From Catajapyx aquilonaris (lineage: Eukaryota): a stretch of DNA of 64,000 nt. Location: the NCBI GenBank assembly GCA_000934665.2, contig JYFJ02001418.1, positions 1 to 64,000 of the forward strand, written 5' to 3'. The position numbers and the translations under genes are program-made. Position 1 is the first letter of the stretch. Every line of letters starts with the position of its first letter. This document shows positions 1-13,204 of this stretch, one piece after another. The notes under the pieces were generated by a model. The model did not search any database. It worked only from the letters and a program-made list of their open reading frames with translations, and had not been told where the DNA came from.

Positions 1-1
1 A

Positions 2-1480
2 CTGGTCACCACACCAACGACAGATGATGATGTGAAGGGATCATCTCTCCAAATGAGCAAAGTCTGCTTCTTCTGCGGGGAAGGAGGGGATCACCTGGTT
101 CAAGAAATGGGATCGTTCAGTCCAGCGGGTCGGAAGAAAGGCTTCGAACACTTACACCAGCTCTTCAGAGACGAGACCAAGCACGTGAACGGGAAGGTGT
201 TGAGGCTGCGATTCTACGTGGATATCGAGGTAGAAGAAGCAAGAGAGAAGAAGAAGAAGGAAGGAGAGATCTCTATCGGGGTCTATGACAGGGCCACACT
301 CGTCACTGAAGAACTGTTGGGTGCCAGGGTGGAGACAAGTCTACAACCAATTAAAAGTATGGACTTTGAATTCCAGCATCCTAACGGAACATGGGATGGC
401 ATTACTGGATGTCTCATCTATAACAAATCAGACTTCACTCCACTTGCATATCTCACTGAAGAAACCTTCGCAATTTTAATTCCCACGTATGTTCACTTTT
501 ATGGGTATGCGACAAGCCTGACCAGAATACCTAAAGGCGTCGTGTCATGGCGGGTGATGTACAGACCTTATCCTCTCCTGTTTTGGATGTTATTCTTAGC
601 AAGCCTCATTTTGTTGTCGATCGTCACTCATTGTCTCTCTCGTTGTAATCGCACAGACAAGAACCACCTGTCCCTTCCTAGATCGGCTGGATTTATTCTC
701 CGGTTTATATTAGAACAGCCAATAGATTTCACCTCAACACATTTTTTTATTTTTCACACTGCCTTTTTCTTCTTATTTGCGACAGTGGTTGTTGTTGGAT
801 ACAAGGCAAAGTTGGTTTCCTTTCTCACGTACCCTCCGAGGGAATTCGTACCTTCCACAATGCAGGATCTTTTTGATTCCGATTGGAAAATCGAAGCCGA
901 CATGTTAAATTATATCACGATCAAAAAATTTACTGAATTAGCTAATTTCACATTAACCAACGAATTGGTGAAGAGAGTGAAACTAGGAGGCAGCATCTCC
1001 GAGTGCTTAGATAGAGTGGACCATGAGAATCTCGTTTGTGTTGGACTGAACGTGCTGCTGGAACGTGAAGTGTATCGATACACCAGCAGTTCGGGTGAAC
1101 TTAAGGTAAAATACGGCGAAGACAAGTTATTTCCTGGGTTCACTTCAGGAGCAGTACCCAGAGGACAGGTTGCACTGTTTCGTCTCTACAACAATGTCAT
1201 ACGAGTCTTTATTGAGAGCGACCTTACTAACCGATTCCTGGAGCAAGAGCTGTACATGAACCTCCTCCGAAGTCTGAAGGACATTCGGGCTGAAGAAGAG
1301 AGATACGCAGCATCGCACGTGCCAGAAGAGGTTCTGACTGTCAAGAAACTCTCTGGTATGTTTAACATGTGGCTGATTGGATTGGGCTGCGATATGCTCA
1401 TATTCATAATGGAATTTGTGAAGCGTCCCTCAAAGAAAGGCAAAATAACTATCCACATACAGGAGCCTACATCAGACTGA
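2..1480 (+). CDS. Divergent ionotropic receptor (IR / variant iGluR), 5' end runs off the window
   Basis: The frame is open from base 2 to TGA at 1480. Motifs: S1 NGTWDGITGCLIYNKSDF, M1 YRPYPLLFWMLFLASLILL, pore ILRFILEQP, M2 FATVVVVGYKAKLVSFLTYP, and last TM VLTVKKLSGMFNMWLIGL. Confidence 0.85.
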   Translation: MVTTPTTDDDVKGSSLQMSKVCFFCGEGGDHLVQEMGSFSPAGRKKGFEHLHQLFRDETKHVNGKVLRLRFYVDIEVEEAREKKKKEGEISIGVYDRATLVTEELLGARVETSLQPIKSMDFEFQHPNGTWDGITGCLIYNKSDFTPLAYLTEETFAILIPTYVHFYGYATSLTRIPKGVVSWRVMYRPYPLLFWMLFLASLILLSIVTHCLSRCNRTDKNHLSLPRSAGFILRFILEQPIDFTSTHFFIFHTAFFFLFATVVVVGYKAKLVSFLTYPPREFVPSTMQDLFDSDWKIEADMLNYITIKKFTELANFTLTNELVKRVKLGGSISECLDRVDHENLVCVGLNVLLEREVYRYTSSSGELKVKYGEDKLFPGFTSGAVPRGQVALFRLYNNVIRVFIESDLTNRFLEQELYMNLLRSLKDIRAEEERYAASHVPEEVLTVKKLSGMFNMWLIGLGCDMLIFIMEFVKRPSKKGKITIHIQEPTSD

Positions 1481-2583
1481 TCTGTTTGCCGCTCTTCTTT
1501 GTTCTTTCAAGTGTAATCAACTTGTGTTAGGATTACTCGTCATTGCTCCTATCCACTTCATGATTCACATTTATAGCACGGTGACTCATCACCAACGTGC
1601 ATGTAGTACTCTTTCCCCCCTAAGCACGACAACAGTGTACATAGGAGATAGGACCAGTATTGTAAATTATTGTGTCTCTGCATATTAGTTAATTATAATC
1701 TCATACGTGTCATGTACTTTTCTGTTTAAATGAAGTAAATAAAAATGTGCTGTTGCTGCATTGTAATGATACACATACTTTTCACCAATTGTCATTATAA
1801 TGGTCAAAATGCGTGCACTCCACCACAATTAGTAGGTTAATTCACTAGTGACTTATTTTGTCAGGGACGCACCAATTTGAAATATTATTTATGTTACATT
1901 AAGCACAGACAGTGTAAGCGTGTATTGCAACAATTATTATTACTTTATTACCCAGATTGTGAGCACTATAAATACGACAACCGACCATTTCTTTAGTGTT
2001 AAAACACCCTTCAAGCACAATCGTTTTTCGCAACATTCATTCTTTCCAAAATGGTTCCAGCAGCATGGTAGTACTTTTCACTTTATGAATAGTTGTTTAT
2101 TGTATTTCTGCTTGTGTGTTAGTTATAATGTCCTGTACTGTTTGGTTCAAACCAGTTCAAATGAAGTTAATAAATGCTGTGCTGTTGAGATATGATAATA
2201 AATTATTTCCCTTGATATTTGTATGGTCAAATGGACACATCAACGGATATGTAGTATGCTTCATAATATATTTCGTCCCTTCCTGTTTTTGTCATGAACA
2301 AGGACAGGTAAGGCCTGGATTTGCCAATATAAAAAGCAGAGATGGCATAGAATTTGGTCCAAAAGAGTATATGATGTACTGTACGTACAACGACTGATTA
2401 ATCTCTCCTTCATACATGCTCAAATCATGCGGCAATGCTCTTTTATCAGTCTGGCGCAGTCTGGTGCTTGAGGCCGGAAGATCTACATATATATAACTAT
2501 TTTTAGTGTACTCAGTACAGTGTGATACTACAGTGCCGCAAATAAGTCGGATCGAAAGGTCCAGTGCTTTGCATTGCTAATGT

Positions 2584-5500
2584 ATGATTAGTGACCCCAA
2601 CATCATGTTTCTTGTAGCTTTGCTGGTAGCCCTGGAGATTTCATGCACAGGAGGTAAGTGTGAATTCCACTGCTCGTATAACACGTAGTCCAATAGTTTT
2701 TGTTGTTACTATTTATTCCTGAATTTTAAACTAGTGTTAACTGCAGACATCACTCATAAGACAAAACTAATCGATGTTGTGAACGTGATCCAGGAAAGGA
2801 GCCAGAATTATTTAGCACCTACACAAAGACTGGCAAAAATTTGGTGAGAATGAATATTTGATAATTTTGAATTTAGATAATTAAATTTTAATTGCGATTA
2901 ATGCAAGTGTCACTCGAGTCGTGACTAATAATACCACACACAGGGCAAACTCAAGAAGAAAACGACAACTTCCCTCTAACGAGCCAGGTAAGGTTGCTTC
3001 ATTATTGAAGGAGATTAATTATTGAACTAATTACACTATATTTTAATACTGTAGTTTGTAAGTGCTTCTCACACCTATAGATGTTGATGTCAAAAAATTT
3101 AACGTGATAGTAATTGCAATTTATGTCAGTGCTTGAAAATATTATGTCTTCCATCCAGCCACAGTGATTCATTGTCACTGGATCAGTGTAATGTTTTCAT
3201 ACAGTAAGAGAAGTACCACAGTAGTTTGAGCATATTTGCTTCATCAAAAACAGCCATTGTGTAGAATTATTATTAATAAAACTTAATCCTACAATTATTA
3301 TTTTACAGAAGACTGTGAGGTGATTGGAAAAAGTGATGTGTTCAGGCTACCAACAATTGGACTAGGAGAGAGAGAAGGATACTTGGCCATTATGTCAGCA
3401 AACATTATCTGCATTCGAAACCGACAAACGGATGCTGAAAGGGCAACAACCTCGTCGACCGCAACCAGGTCGCAATATACACCTACGACTGGTAATAAGA
3501 AAAATGTGCACTTTAATTTACAGTACAGTACTATAAAAATGTATGTAAAAAAATGTGATCACCTTCTTGAGTGAGAAAATCGAGCAATATAAGTAAGAAC
3601 TTACTGTGTAATGTACTATCGCAGAATAAATCTGACATATAATTTTTGCGCACATATTCTTGATAAGATTTCAGTACTCTACTTTCACTTGAACATGAAA
3701 ATAATGGTCAAACCTTTCTTATTTAATTTTATTGACATCAGCATCAAGTGGAAATTCTGTCAGCAACTACTGGAAAGAAAGAGTTTGCGGTACAGGAAGC
3801 ATTATCAATCCAATGATTGCAGTGCAAGAAAATGCAGATGAAGTCCTGGAACTTGTACGGTATCGGTAAGAATATTTCTTCTGTACTCTCATTTGTATTG
3901 TCTTGAGCTTAGGGACGCATACTGAATAATTGACAATAAAGTGTGTTCCACGGTTCCGATTCATCATACTAATGGCAATCGGTATTTTCAAAATCAGATG
4001 CCAAGGATTACAACACTGTCAGTTGGACTTGAGCGAATACAAAGAAGTAGCCAACCCTTGCGAGGTCGACGATCATGACCTGAATGCGCAAGAGTGGTTG
4101 TACAAAGTGCAGTACAAGTTCGTCAAAGAAGAAGACCTGGAGTGTCGTCAGCCTGGATCACGTCTCTTGCCAGATTCTCCAGAAGCACTGACCTGCTTCC
4201 AGTCCTCCAGTGTCAACAGTTCTTACAACCAAGCCAGAGATGTGTGTCGCAAAGATGGCGGAGACATACCCTGTGCTAACGACTACTTATTAGCTGCAGT
4301 GGGTCAAATAGGGCTGGACACTGGCCTGGTTTGGGTTGACGGTCGTGGAAGCATCACCAGATCGCAGCTTACTCCAGGCCGAGATGGTGACGCCTTCGAA
4401 ATATCCCCTGGAATTGATGATTCAAGTAGATACAACTTTGGATACGACAAACGACGAAAAAAAGTTCAGCCCATCACAGTGTGCGTCTACCCTCCGTACC
4501 ATCCATCAGAAATAACCAACGAAAATACCACATGTCCTCAGACATATTTCCAGGGACAGATGTGGGGTCCTGCTCATCCGGGCTGGGTGACAAAACCTTG
4601 TCCTGGTGATTGGGTGACCTTCTGGAATTGTGACCAGAACGGCCAGTGGGATACTAACTATCCGGACACCACGTGAGTATACTGTGAATCCATCCAGTTG
4701 CAATTATTATACCAATAGGTGTTGATTTGCAGAGCATGCCACACACAAAACTGGGAGACAGTTCTGAGAGAGCTTAGCAATAACCAGTCAGATGTGAATG
4801 TTCTGGGAACATTATTTGAAGGACACACATGGGACAAGTTGATGGCCGGTGACATGGCAAAAGCTATCAATGTGTTACGAACATCGCTTCAGATCCAGCA
4901 AGAGAGACATAGGAAATGCGTCAATGAAGATATTTTATCGTAAAAGCAATGGCTCAATGTCTGAAATCTGCATTTTTCTGGATTAGTTAATTTCATTGTA
5001 CCGTCTGTTATTGCAGCTCCTGTGATGCACAAGTAGCTAATTACGCTTCAAAAGCTTTTTATGTCAGCAACATTGTCCTGACTACACCTTACTCGTGGCT
5101 GACACATGGGAAAAGACCAGAAGCAGTGTCTGATTTCTTCCAAGTGATCAATCAAATCGGATTTGAAGCCTCTAAGGCAGCTGGCAGCCAGGAATTTACA
5201 TACGATCACCTAGGTGCATTGCATCAATAATTTTTAACTCTCTCGAACATACAATCATAATAACAATATTTTAAATTCATTCAGTCGTTACAACAACGTC
5301 AGTGCCTGAAGGAACCGACTTAGATCTGTACCATGTGTATCCGAGTGGTTCGGCCATTTTGCTGCCAGAGGAAGCTAAAACCTTGGGGATATCGAATGGA
5401 ATGTGGACTGCGACTCATACGTATTACAGCACCATGCATGACATACTAGGAAATAATTTAATATTGTAAGTCAAACACGTGCGATAATGACATACACTGT

Positions 5501-7110
5501 TTTTATATGTGAAATGCGCATTTTCAGCAACAAGAGTGTTGTGGGTCGGACCAAGTTGCAGGACATCGTCAACAGCGAAGTTGTGGGTGCCACCTTGGGA
5601 AATCCGGACATACCGACCAAATTCGGACAAGGCACGATTCGAGTGGTACTGAAGCACCTGTACTCACCAGAAGAGTACAACCTGACCAACCCCAGATGCG
5701 TCTTTTGGGACCAGACGAATCACATCTGGAGCAGGGAGGGATGCTGGGAAGAATCTTCGGGAGAGGAAGAGACCGTCTGCATCTGCGACCACCTCACCAA
5801 CCTGGCGGTCATCGTCGACTACGGAGGGGTCATCCACAAGGAAAGCGAGGTCATTATCCATACACAGGAAACCAGACCAGTTCCGGAACCGGTTCCGTTG
5901 ACCTTTTCTTTCATTCTGCCCAGATACACCTGGTGGTGAACATCATAAGCGGTGTTGGTTGCAGCCTGTCCGTTATCTGCCTCCTCCTGTCCCTTGTGAC
6001 CTTTCTATGGGTCAGTAGGTCACTGGGCAGTCCCCCTCGAATATTCGTCCACTGCAACCTCTGCCTGACCCTTGGCCTCGCTAAGATGACCCTTCTCCTG
6101 GGTCTGGATGCCACCCAGCAGCACCAGGCCTGCAAGGCTGTGGCTGTCCTGCTGCACTTCTTCTTCCTCTCTGCCTTCTTCTGGACACTGGTCGAGGCCA
6201 TCCTCCTCTACCTCATGGTCATCGTGGTCAGTACTTTACACTAGTGTGTCTATTTACAAGTTAAAGATTCCTCCACTTATAGGTGTTCGATGCCAAGAGA
6301 ATGCGCAAATGGCAAATGATGCTCGTAGGTTACGTCACTCCTTCAATAATTGTACTCATCTCTGCTGTACTTCGTTGGGACGGATATGGAACTAACGAGT
6401 AGTAAGTTGTTGCTAAACTCAGTTTAATAATTCAGCTGCTGGATAACACCTGATTTTCATACCAGCTGCTGGTTGAGCAAGGAGAAGGGACTCATTCTGT
6501 CTTTCATGGTGCCATTGGGAATCATTTTGCTCGTAAGTGTATCGTACACTTTGGTATACTTATTGAGACATAAATGGCCGATTTGTTTCAGTTGAACGCA
6601 GTGGTGCTGACTGTAGCACTGATCAAAGCCAGACGAGCTGCCAGAGAAAGAGCTCAGTACGTAGGGACACAACAGAGTACAACGGCATGGATACGAGGCT
6701 GTGTGTCACTAGTGATTGTGCTTGGCCTCACCTGGAGCATTGGATTTCTCCTCTTCCAGCATGGTAGCGAACAATCATTATCAATAAAATTTTGAAAACA
6801 TTAATAACTAATCAAATATTGTTTTAGACAATCATCACGCGGCAGGAGCATTGGAAATAATGTTCGTGATATGCAATTCCTTACAAGGTGTCTTCATCTT
6901 CGTGTTTCACTGCCTCCTTCAAAAGGATGTGAGAATAGCTGCCCTTAAGAACATAAGACGAATCTGCATAATGTCATCAGACCGGGTGAATTACAAAATC
7001 ACACGGTTATTAATTACACATGTAATTAATAAATTATTATTTTGTTTCAGGAAAATCAAACTTATACAGGAACAGCCTTGACTCGCTATACTCTCACAGC
7101 AGAAAAATGA
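2584..7110 (+). CDS. Latrophilin/Cirl-like adhesion GPCR, copy 1 (multi-exon, apparently intact)
   Basis: Signal-peptide exon MFLVALLVALEISCTG (donor 2654) and RRKR-Q exon from 2944. Then a SUEL-like region (IMSANIIC...CQGLQHC...NPC...KVQYKF), C-type-lectin-like and HormR-like segments (CPQ...WGP...CPG...WNC...GQW...PDTT), and GAIN/GPS CVFWD...WSREGC...CICDHL/TNLA. The secretin-family 7TM (IFVHCNLC; LLHFFFLSAFFWTLVEA; NSLQGVFIFVFHC) ends at TGA 7108-7110. Confidence 0.85.
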
Positions 7111-7532
7111 TAAACTGTTTGACGAGCAGACCACAAATTTACTTCCACTTCTCTCTCTGTATACATTACAGTAGGCTACAGTTATATATGTAGAAATAAA
7201 AACACAATGTCCCTTATGGATGCAGACTACTTTTTAAATAAAAAATTGCTTGCAGTATAATACCTCTCAGTTAACGGGACTTACTCATTCTATAGGATAA
7301 GACATAAACTTCGGTATTTTACAAAGATGAGTAGCCTCGTTCCTATCCGCCCCTTCTTACTTACATTATGCATTAACCGCCAACCACAGCAATTCAGAAA
7401 ATAGCTTCTCCTAAGAGTGCGGAGGAAGTGTGAGGCTTTTTTTTTATCAAACTTCCGCCTATTTCCCTGTAGGAAGTGAATAAACAAACCAAATCCAAAT
7501 ATGTTCAGTGAGCGTGAAGGTTGAGCCAAAAG

Positions 7533-10500
7533 ATGGGTGCAAATGTTCTGGCTCTCACTTGTCGGTTATGTCGATTTATGTACACAATGAGCACGTTGTT
7601 CCTTGCAATTGTGGTGGTCATCGCAACGTCAGATTCAGGTAAGTGTTGTACAGAGTGTGTCAAAAATATTAAGACAAACCCTTTCTGAGCACTATAGAAG
7701 TGGCAATCGCAGACTGGTTTAACGATTTCAGAGAAAACGAACTTGTATGTATGTGGACTGATTTAAAAGGTTTAATGTAATATGTAATTATGATAATTAT
7801 AGATGGTGAAGCTATCCAAGAAACATGCTTTTTCGCTAACAGTGGGCCGCTAGTTTTGAAGGGAAACTTTTCATGTTCAGATGTCACTTCGGCTAAAATT
7901 ATCTGCATTCAAGGTGAGATTTTTGCCAACGATAAATGCAATATATTTTTTCTCCGCAACTCACCTATACCCATCAATTATGTGCTTTTGGTTTTATTTC
8001 ATTTCATCAAATAATTTAGCGAACGTTTCGCAAGGTGAGATTGAAAAGCCAGGGAAAGGAGAAGAGTGTCCAGATTCAATTAGAAGTCTGGCTGAGAATG
8101 AATCTGCTATTAACATAACCGATATTTTTAGGAATCAACCGTGAGTATAATCTACAATAATTTATTAGCTTCGCAAGTACGAAATTATTGTTAAATGCAA
8201 TTTTTGCCATGCCTTTTATTTCAGCTAACTCATTAGTCGCAAAAAGGATTTATAAAAAGTGACAGTGTGCAGCAGGTCTTGATCATAAATAACACAAGGT
8301 TTACTTTTAGGTTCGTTGAATCATCAGGCACGTGCTCAGCTAATGTGACGCATGTTACTGCTAAAAATGGATTCAGTTGCTCCGAAACGAACAGGAAAAC
8401 AGCAGTAATTATCCAGCACAAAAGTCAGAGGAGGGAAATGTAAGAGATATTGTTCATGAGAATGATTCAGATCCTGCAGGATAAGCACAAAATTCATATC
8501 ACTATTTTATGTGATTCACATTTTTGTGACTCTTTGCTAAGATAATAATCCACAGTGTTTGAAGGATAACTATGGGCGGAAAATTATTTATTACTTTCCA
8601 TGCATCATGTGTTTTTCGTTGCCTATTTGCACGAAAATTTTGTGATCATTTTCAGAAAGATGAAAAGAAACAAGCGACAAATCGGTTTTGACAGAGGGAA
8701 TTTTACAGAGCCACAACATTGCCTAGTGTTTGGAAGAAATGTGCCCATTGTTATACCACCAGTTAGGGAATTAACAGAGGAAGAGGAAGACTTCGCAGGA
8801 TCCGGTGGACCGCCCACAACAATAGGATACATCCACATTGTTTCAGCAAGGGCAATCTGCCTCAATCCAAATAGTCGAGGTATAGAAAAACAATCTACTT
8901 ACTACTAGTAGTAAAATCCAATTTATTGGAAAAATGTTGATTAATGAAAAATTAATCTCGGTAACAATAATGCTGCAGTCGCGATGAATCATTAACGCCA
9001 TATTATCCAACAACACTTACTTACTTTACATTATTTTACAGACAATACCAGCAGTTTCAGCGAGCATTGGCAAGAAGGAATTTGCGATGCCAACACTTTT
9101 TATCCGGATCTTCATCCTACATACGGAGTCCAAGTAGATTTCCGATCACTTCTGAAGGTTTTGCAGTTAACGTAAGTCTGTACTCGAGTAAAATCTGAGT
9201 ATACTTGAACTGTGCGCTATGTCTCATATCCATACACAGCTGCGGAGGAGCAGAAAGATGCCAACTGGATCCCACATTTCTTAGGACAGAAAGGTTCTGC
9301 TCTAATGTTGGAACAATCGAAGTTCCCGATTTCGTTAACATACAGTACAAGCTGATCGGCAGAAGAGATCTGACGTGCAGATCACCAGAAGCAAATCTGA
9401 TGAGGGAAGTCAACACGACCATCTTCACTTGCTTCGATCACAAAAATGGCACTAGTGAGAGCGGGATTATAGAGTATGACTTTATTGAAGTCGACCCGAG
9501 TCCACCACCTGTGGACGTCACACACACTGCTTGTGATGAGTATGATGGACACATTCCCTTCGCTTATCTCAACATGTCTGACACCATGAGACAACTGGGG
9601 TTGACCCGAGGTTATGTCAGGGTCAGAGGTAACGGATCGTCAACCAGAATGTCAACTCAGGGACACTTCTTTAGACGTGACGACGCCTTGGAGCTTCCAA
9701 CACAATTCAATGATCAGAGATACATTCCGGATTTTAGTGGACTGCAAGAATTAGACCCGGAAAGGTACCCGGAACAACCTGAGATTGTTTGTGTGTACCC
9801 GCCGTATCCAACTGATTACAAGGTCGAGGAAACGGCAGAAAAATTGTGTCCACGTAGAGTCATTCGGCGCCAAGTATGGGGACCGTCTCCTCCAGGTTGG
9901 GTCACTCGGGCATGTACAGGTCCAGGAGACTGGGTCAGATACTGGAAGTGCAATCCCCAAGGAGAATGGGAACCTGATTATCCTGACACGACGTAAGAAA
10001 TGGCAACATCATTTCAATTACACGTTTAACTCAATAATGCTACAACAATACTGTGTAATTTGCAGGTTATGTCACTCTGCATTGTACGGATGGAATGAAG
10101 CACTTCGAGAGCTCAACAGGAACGTGACAGTACTGGATGTGTTGGAAAAACTGGCGAAAGAACTTGAGCATTATGACTATGACTTAGAAGCAGGAGACGT
10201 GAACAAAGCCATCGAAGTGCTCAACACAACAGTGCGACTACAGACACAGAAACATAAAGAATGCATTCGTTCCGACCTGTCTAACTTGTAAGGTTTGCAT
10301 GTATGACTTTACATTTTTTTTGTAAAATTAAATATGGTTTAGTGACAGGTGCAGTGCAAATCTGACGACGTATGGCACACGTGCTTTTGATATAAGCAGT
10401 CGTGTGCTGAAGAGTCCGTACACTTGGCTGACCCACGATAGAAGACCAGAGGTCGTCTCTAAGTTCTTCCAAGTGGTCAATGATGTAGGATTTACAACAG

Positions 10501-12803
10501 CAAACGCAACTACAAGTCACGATTTTAATAATACATATTTAGGTAAGCACAGACTTACATAGCATAAAATTTCAGATTGATCCGAATCTTGAAATATTTT
10601 TCGAGACAATTTGAAAATTGAGCAGAGCGTGTTCGTTGGGTTGTATCACAGCAGGATGAAACAAATCGCATCATTGAATTACCATTCAGAGATCTTCATA
10701 TTAATTTGTCAAAATGTGACTTTAAAAAAATATCCTAAACTATTGTAACGAAAAACAGGCTTAGTCATTAACAAAATTGCTAGAAATTGCATTCATTTTA
10801 ATTCAACAAAATTATTTATATTCCAAATTAATTCCACTCCGCGATTTAAACGAACTGAACTAAATTGCACAAGTTTTTATTTATATTTTTATAAAAATTA
10901 TGGCCAATTTTTCAGCGGTTTCAACCCGATCATTTCGGAACTTGAGCGACGTGACCCTGTACCACGTGTATCCTAGTGGGTCCAGCATCCTTTTGCCTGA
11001 AGAGGCCAAAAACCTAGGAATATTTCAAGGAGCATGGGTCGCAACTCACGTGCATTACACAACAATGCACGATATTCTCGGAAATAATCTGAAGCTGTGA
11101 GTTGGACATGCACTGTGTAACAATGTATAATTAACACCATTGTTAAATGAGACACCACTCGTTCTTTTCGCCAGGAACGAGAGCATCGTCAACAATGCAA
11201 ATCTGACCTACATTGTCAACAGTAAAGTTGTGGGCACCACCTTGGGACATCCGGACATTCAGACCAAATTCGGACAAGGCACGATTCGAGTGGTTCTGAA
11301 GCACCTGTACGCACCAGAAGAGTACAACCTGACCAACCCCAGATGCGTCTTTTGGGACCAGACCAATCACATCTGGAGCAGGGAGGGATGCTGGGAAGAA
11401 TCTTCGGGAGAGGAAGAGACCGTCTGCATCTGCGACCATCTCACCAACCTGGCGGTCATCGTCGACTACGGAGGGGTCATCCAGAAGGAAAGCAAGGTCA
11501 CTATTCACACACAGAAAACCGGACCCGTTCCGGAACCGGCTCGGTTGATCTTTTCCGTTCTTCTGACCAGATAAACCTGGTGGCGAGCATCATAAGCGCT
11601 GTTGGTTGCAGCCTGTCCGTGACCTGCCTCCTCCTGTCCCTTGTGACCTTTCTAGTGGTGAGTAGGTCACTGGGCAGTCCCCCTCGCATATTCGTCCACT
11701 GCAACCTCTGCCTGACCCTTGGCCTGGCCCAGATGACCCTTCTCCTGGGTCTGGATGCCACCCAGCAGCACCAGGCCTGCAAGGCTGTGGCTGTCCTGCT
11801 GCACTTCCTCTTCCTCTCTGCCTTCTTCTGGACACTGGTCGAGGCCATCCTGCTCTACCTCATGGTCATCGTGGTCAGTACTTTCATTATTATGATTGGC
11901 CAACACTGAAAGGTGCATTTGCAGGTGTTTGATCCAAAGAGAATGAGCAGGTGGCAGATGATGGTGGTGGGCTACATCGTTCCAGCCACAATCGTCCTCA
12001 TATCTGCCATGCTTCGTTGGCAATATTACGGAACCGAAGATTAGTGAGTTGTACACATGGATTGTCTCATTGCAATGTAATAATGGGTGTGTTTTTCAGC
12101 TGCTGGCTGAGCAGAGAAAGTGGGCTAATATTTGCCTTCATTGGGCCACTGGGAATCATTTTGTGTGTAAGGTGTTGGCTTATTTGTACCGATTTGTACT
12201 TGAACTGTACCTTCTGCAGTTACACCAACGCTGGTTTATTTCAGGTAAATGCAGTAATATTGACCAGAGCACTGGTCAAAGTGAATAGAGCTGCCAAGCA
12301 AAGAGCTCAGCACACGAAACAACAGAGCACAAACTCTTGGATACGAGGCTGTGCATCGCTTGTGGTCATACTCGGCTTGACTTGGGTCGTTGACTTCTTC
12401 TTATTTGCACAAGGTGAGCGACTGCGCAAAAAATACACTGAGGATATCTGAACTAATTGCAGTAATGTTTAACCGACTCAAAACCTAGCTAAATGAAACG
12501 TTTCAGACAATCAAGATGCTGCGGGGGCATTGGTAATAATCTTCGTGACATGCAACTCCTTGCAAGGAGTCTTCATCTTCGTTTTTCACTGCCTTCTTCA
12601 ACACGATGTGAGAAACGCAGCAGTTAAAAAGATGCGACATATCTGCAAGCGATCGTACACCTTGAACCAGGTAATTAATCAGAACAAAAATAGCATGTAA
12701 AAATTGTAACAATTAACTTTTTGTGTTTATCCAATAGGCAAGTGGAACGTCTTCAGGAATGGCAATGACTCGCACTACCAGAGAAACTCAAGTTTCTAAG
12801 TAG
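7533..12803 (+). CDS. Latrophilin/Cirl-like adhesion GPCR, copy 2 (multi-exon, apparently intact, extended N-terminus)
   Basis: Signal exon MGANVLAL...LFLAIVVVIATSDS, extra Cys-containing exons, RNKR-Q at ~8665, lectin/HormR exon ~9240-9992, GPS exon ~11175-11497, then 7TM exons. The last exon ASGTSSGMAMTRTTRETQVSK ends at TAG 12801-12803. The splice phases checked by eye are consistent. Confidence 0.85.
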
Positions 12804-13204
12804 AATTCCAGTGGTAAAAATAATGAAGGAAATCACTTGAGTTTGAATATTGTTATCGCAAATGTATTCTCAACTGGTATGTACTTGAACCACCTTGCGT
12901 AGATTATGCAATATTATTATGAATAAAACAAGTCCAATTTTTGTTTGCCCTTATTCTTTGTGCGCAGGAAGCAAAGAGAGGTATTTATACTATACATATG
13001 TACGATGTACAGTACGCATTTAAATGTAAATATTATGTAAATTATCCGCTAACCACATCTCTTCAGAAAATAGCTTCTCCCAACGAGTCGGGAGGAAATT
13101 TGTGGGTATCTTTTTTAAATATATTTTCCGCCTCTTTTCCGGTAGGAAGTGAATAAACAAACCAAATCCAAATATGTTCAGTGGCGTGAAGGTTGAGCCA
13201 AAAG

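Noticed and set aside
5696..5923. Recurrent MRLLGPDESHLEQGG... ORF start (also 11343, 25258) as a conserved overlapping protein
   Set aside because: It is an alternative frame of the GPS exon that runs through the intron into the TM1 frame. Its recurrence follows from nucleotide identity between copies.
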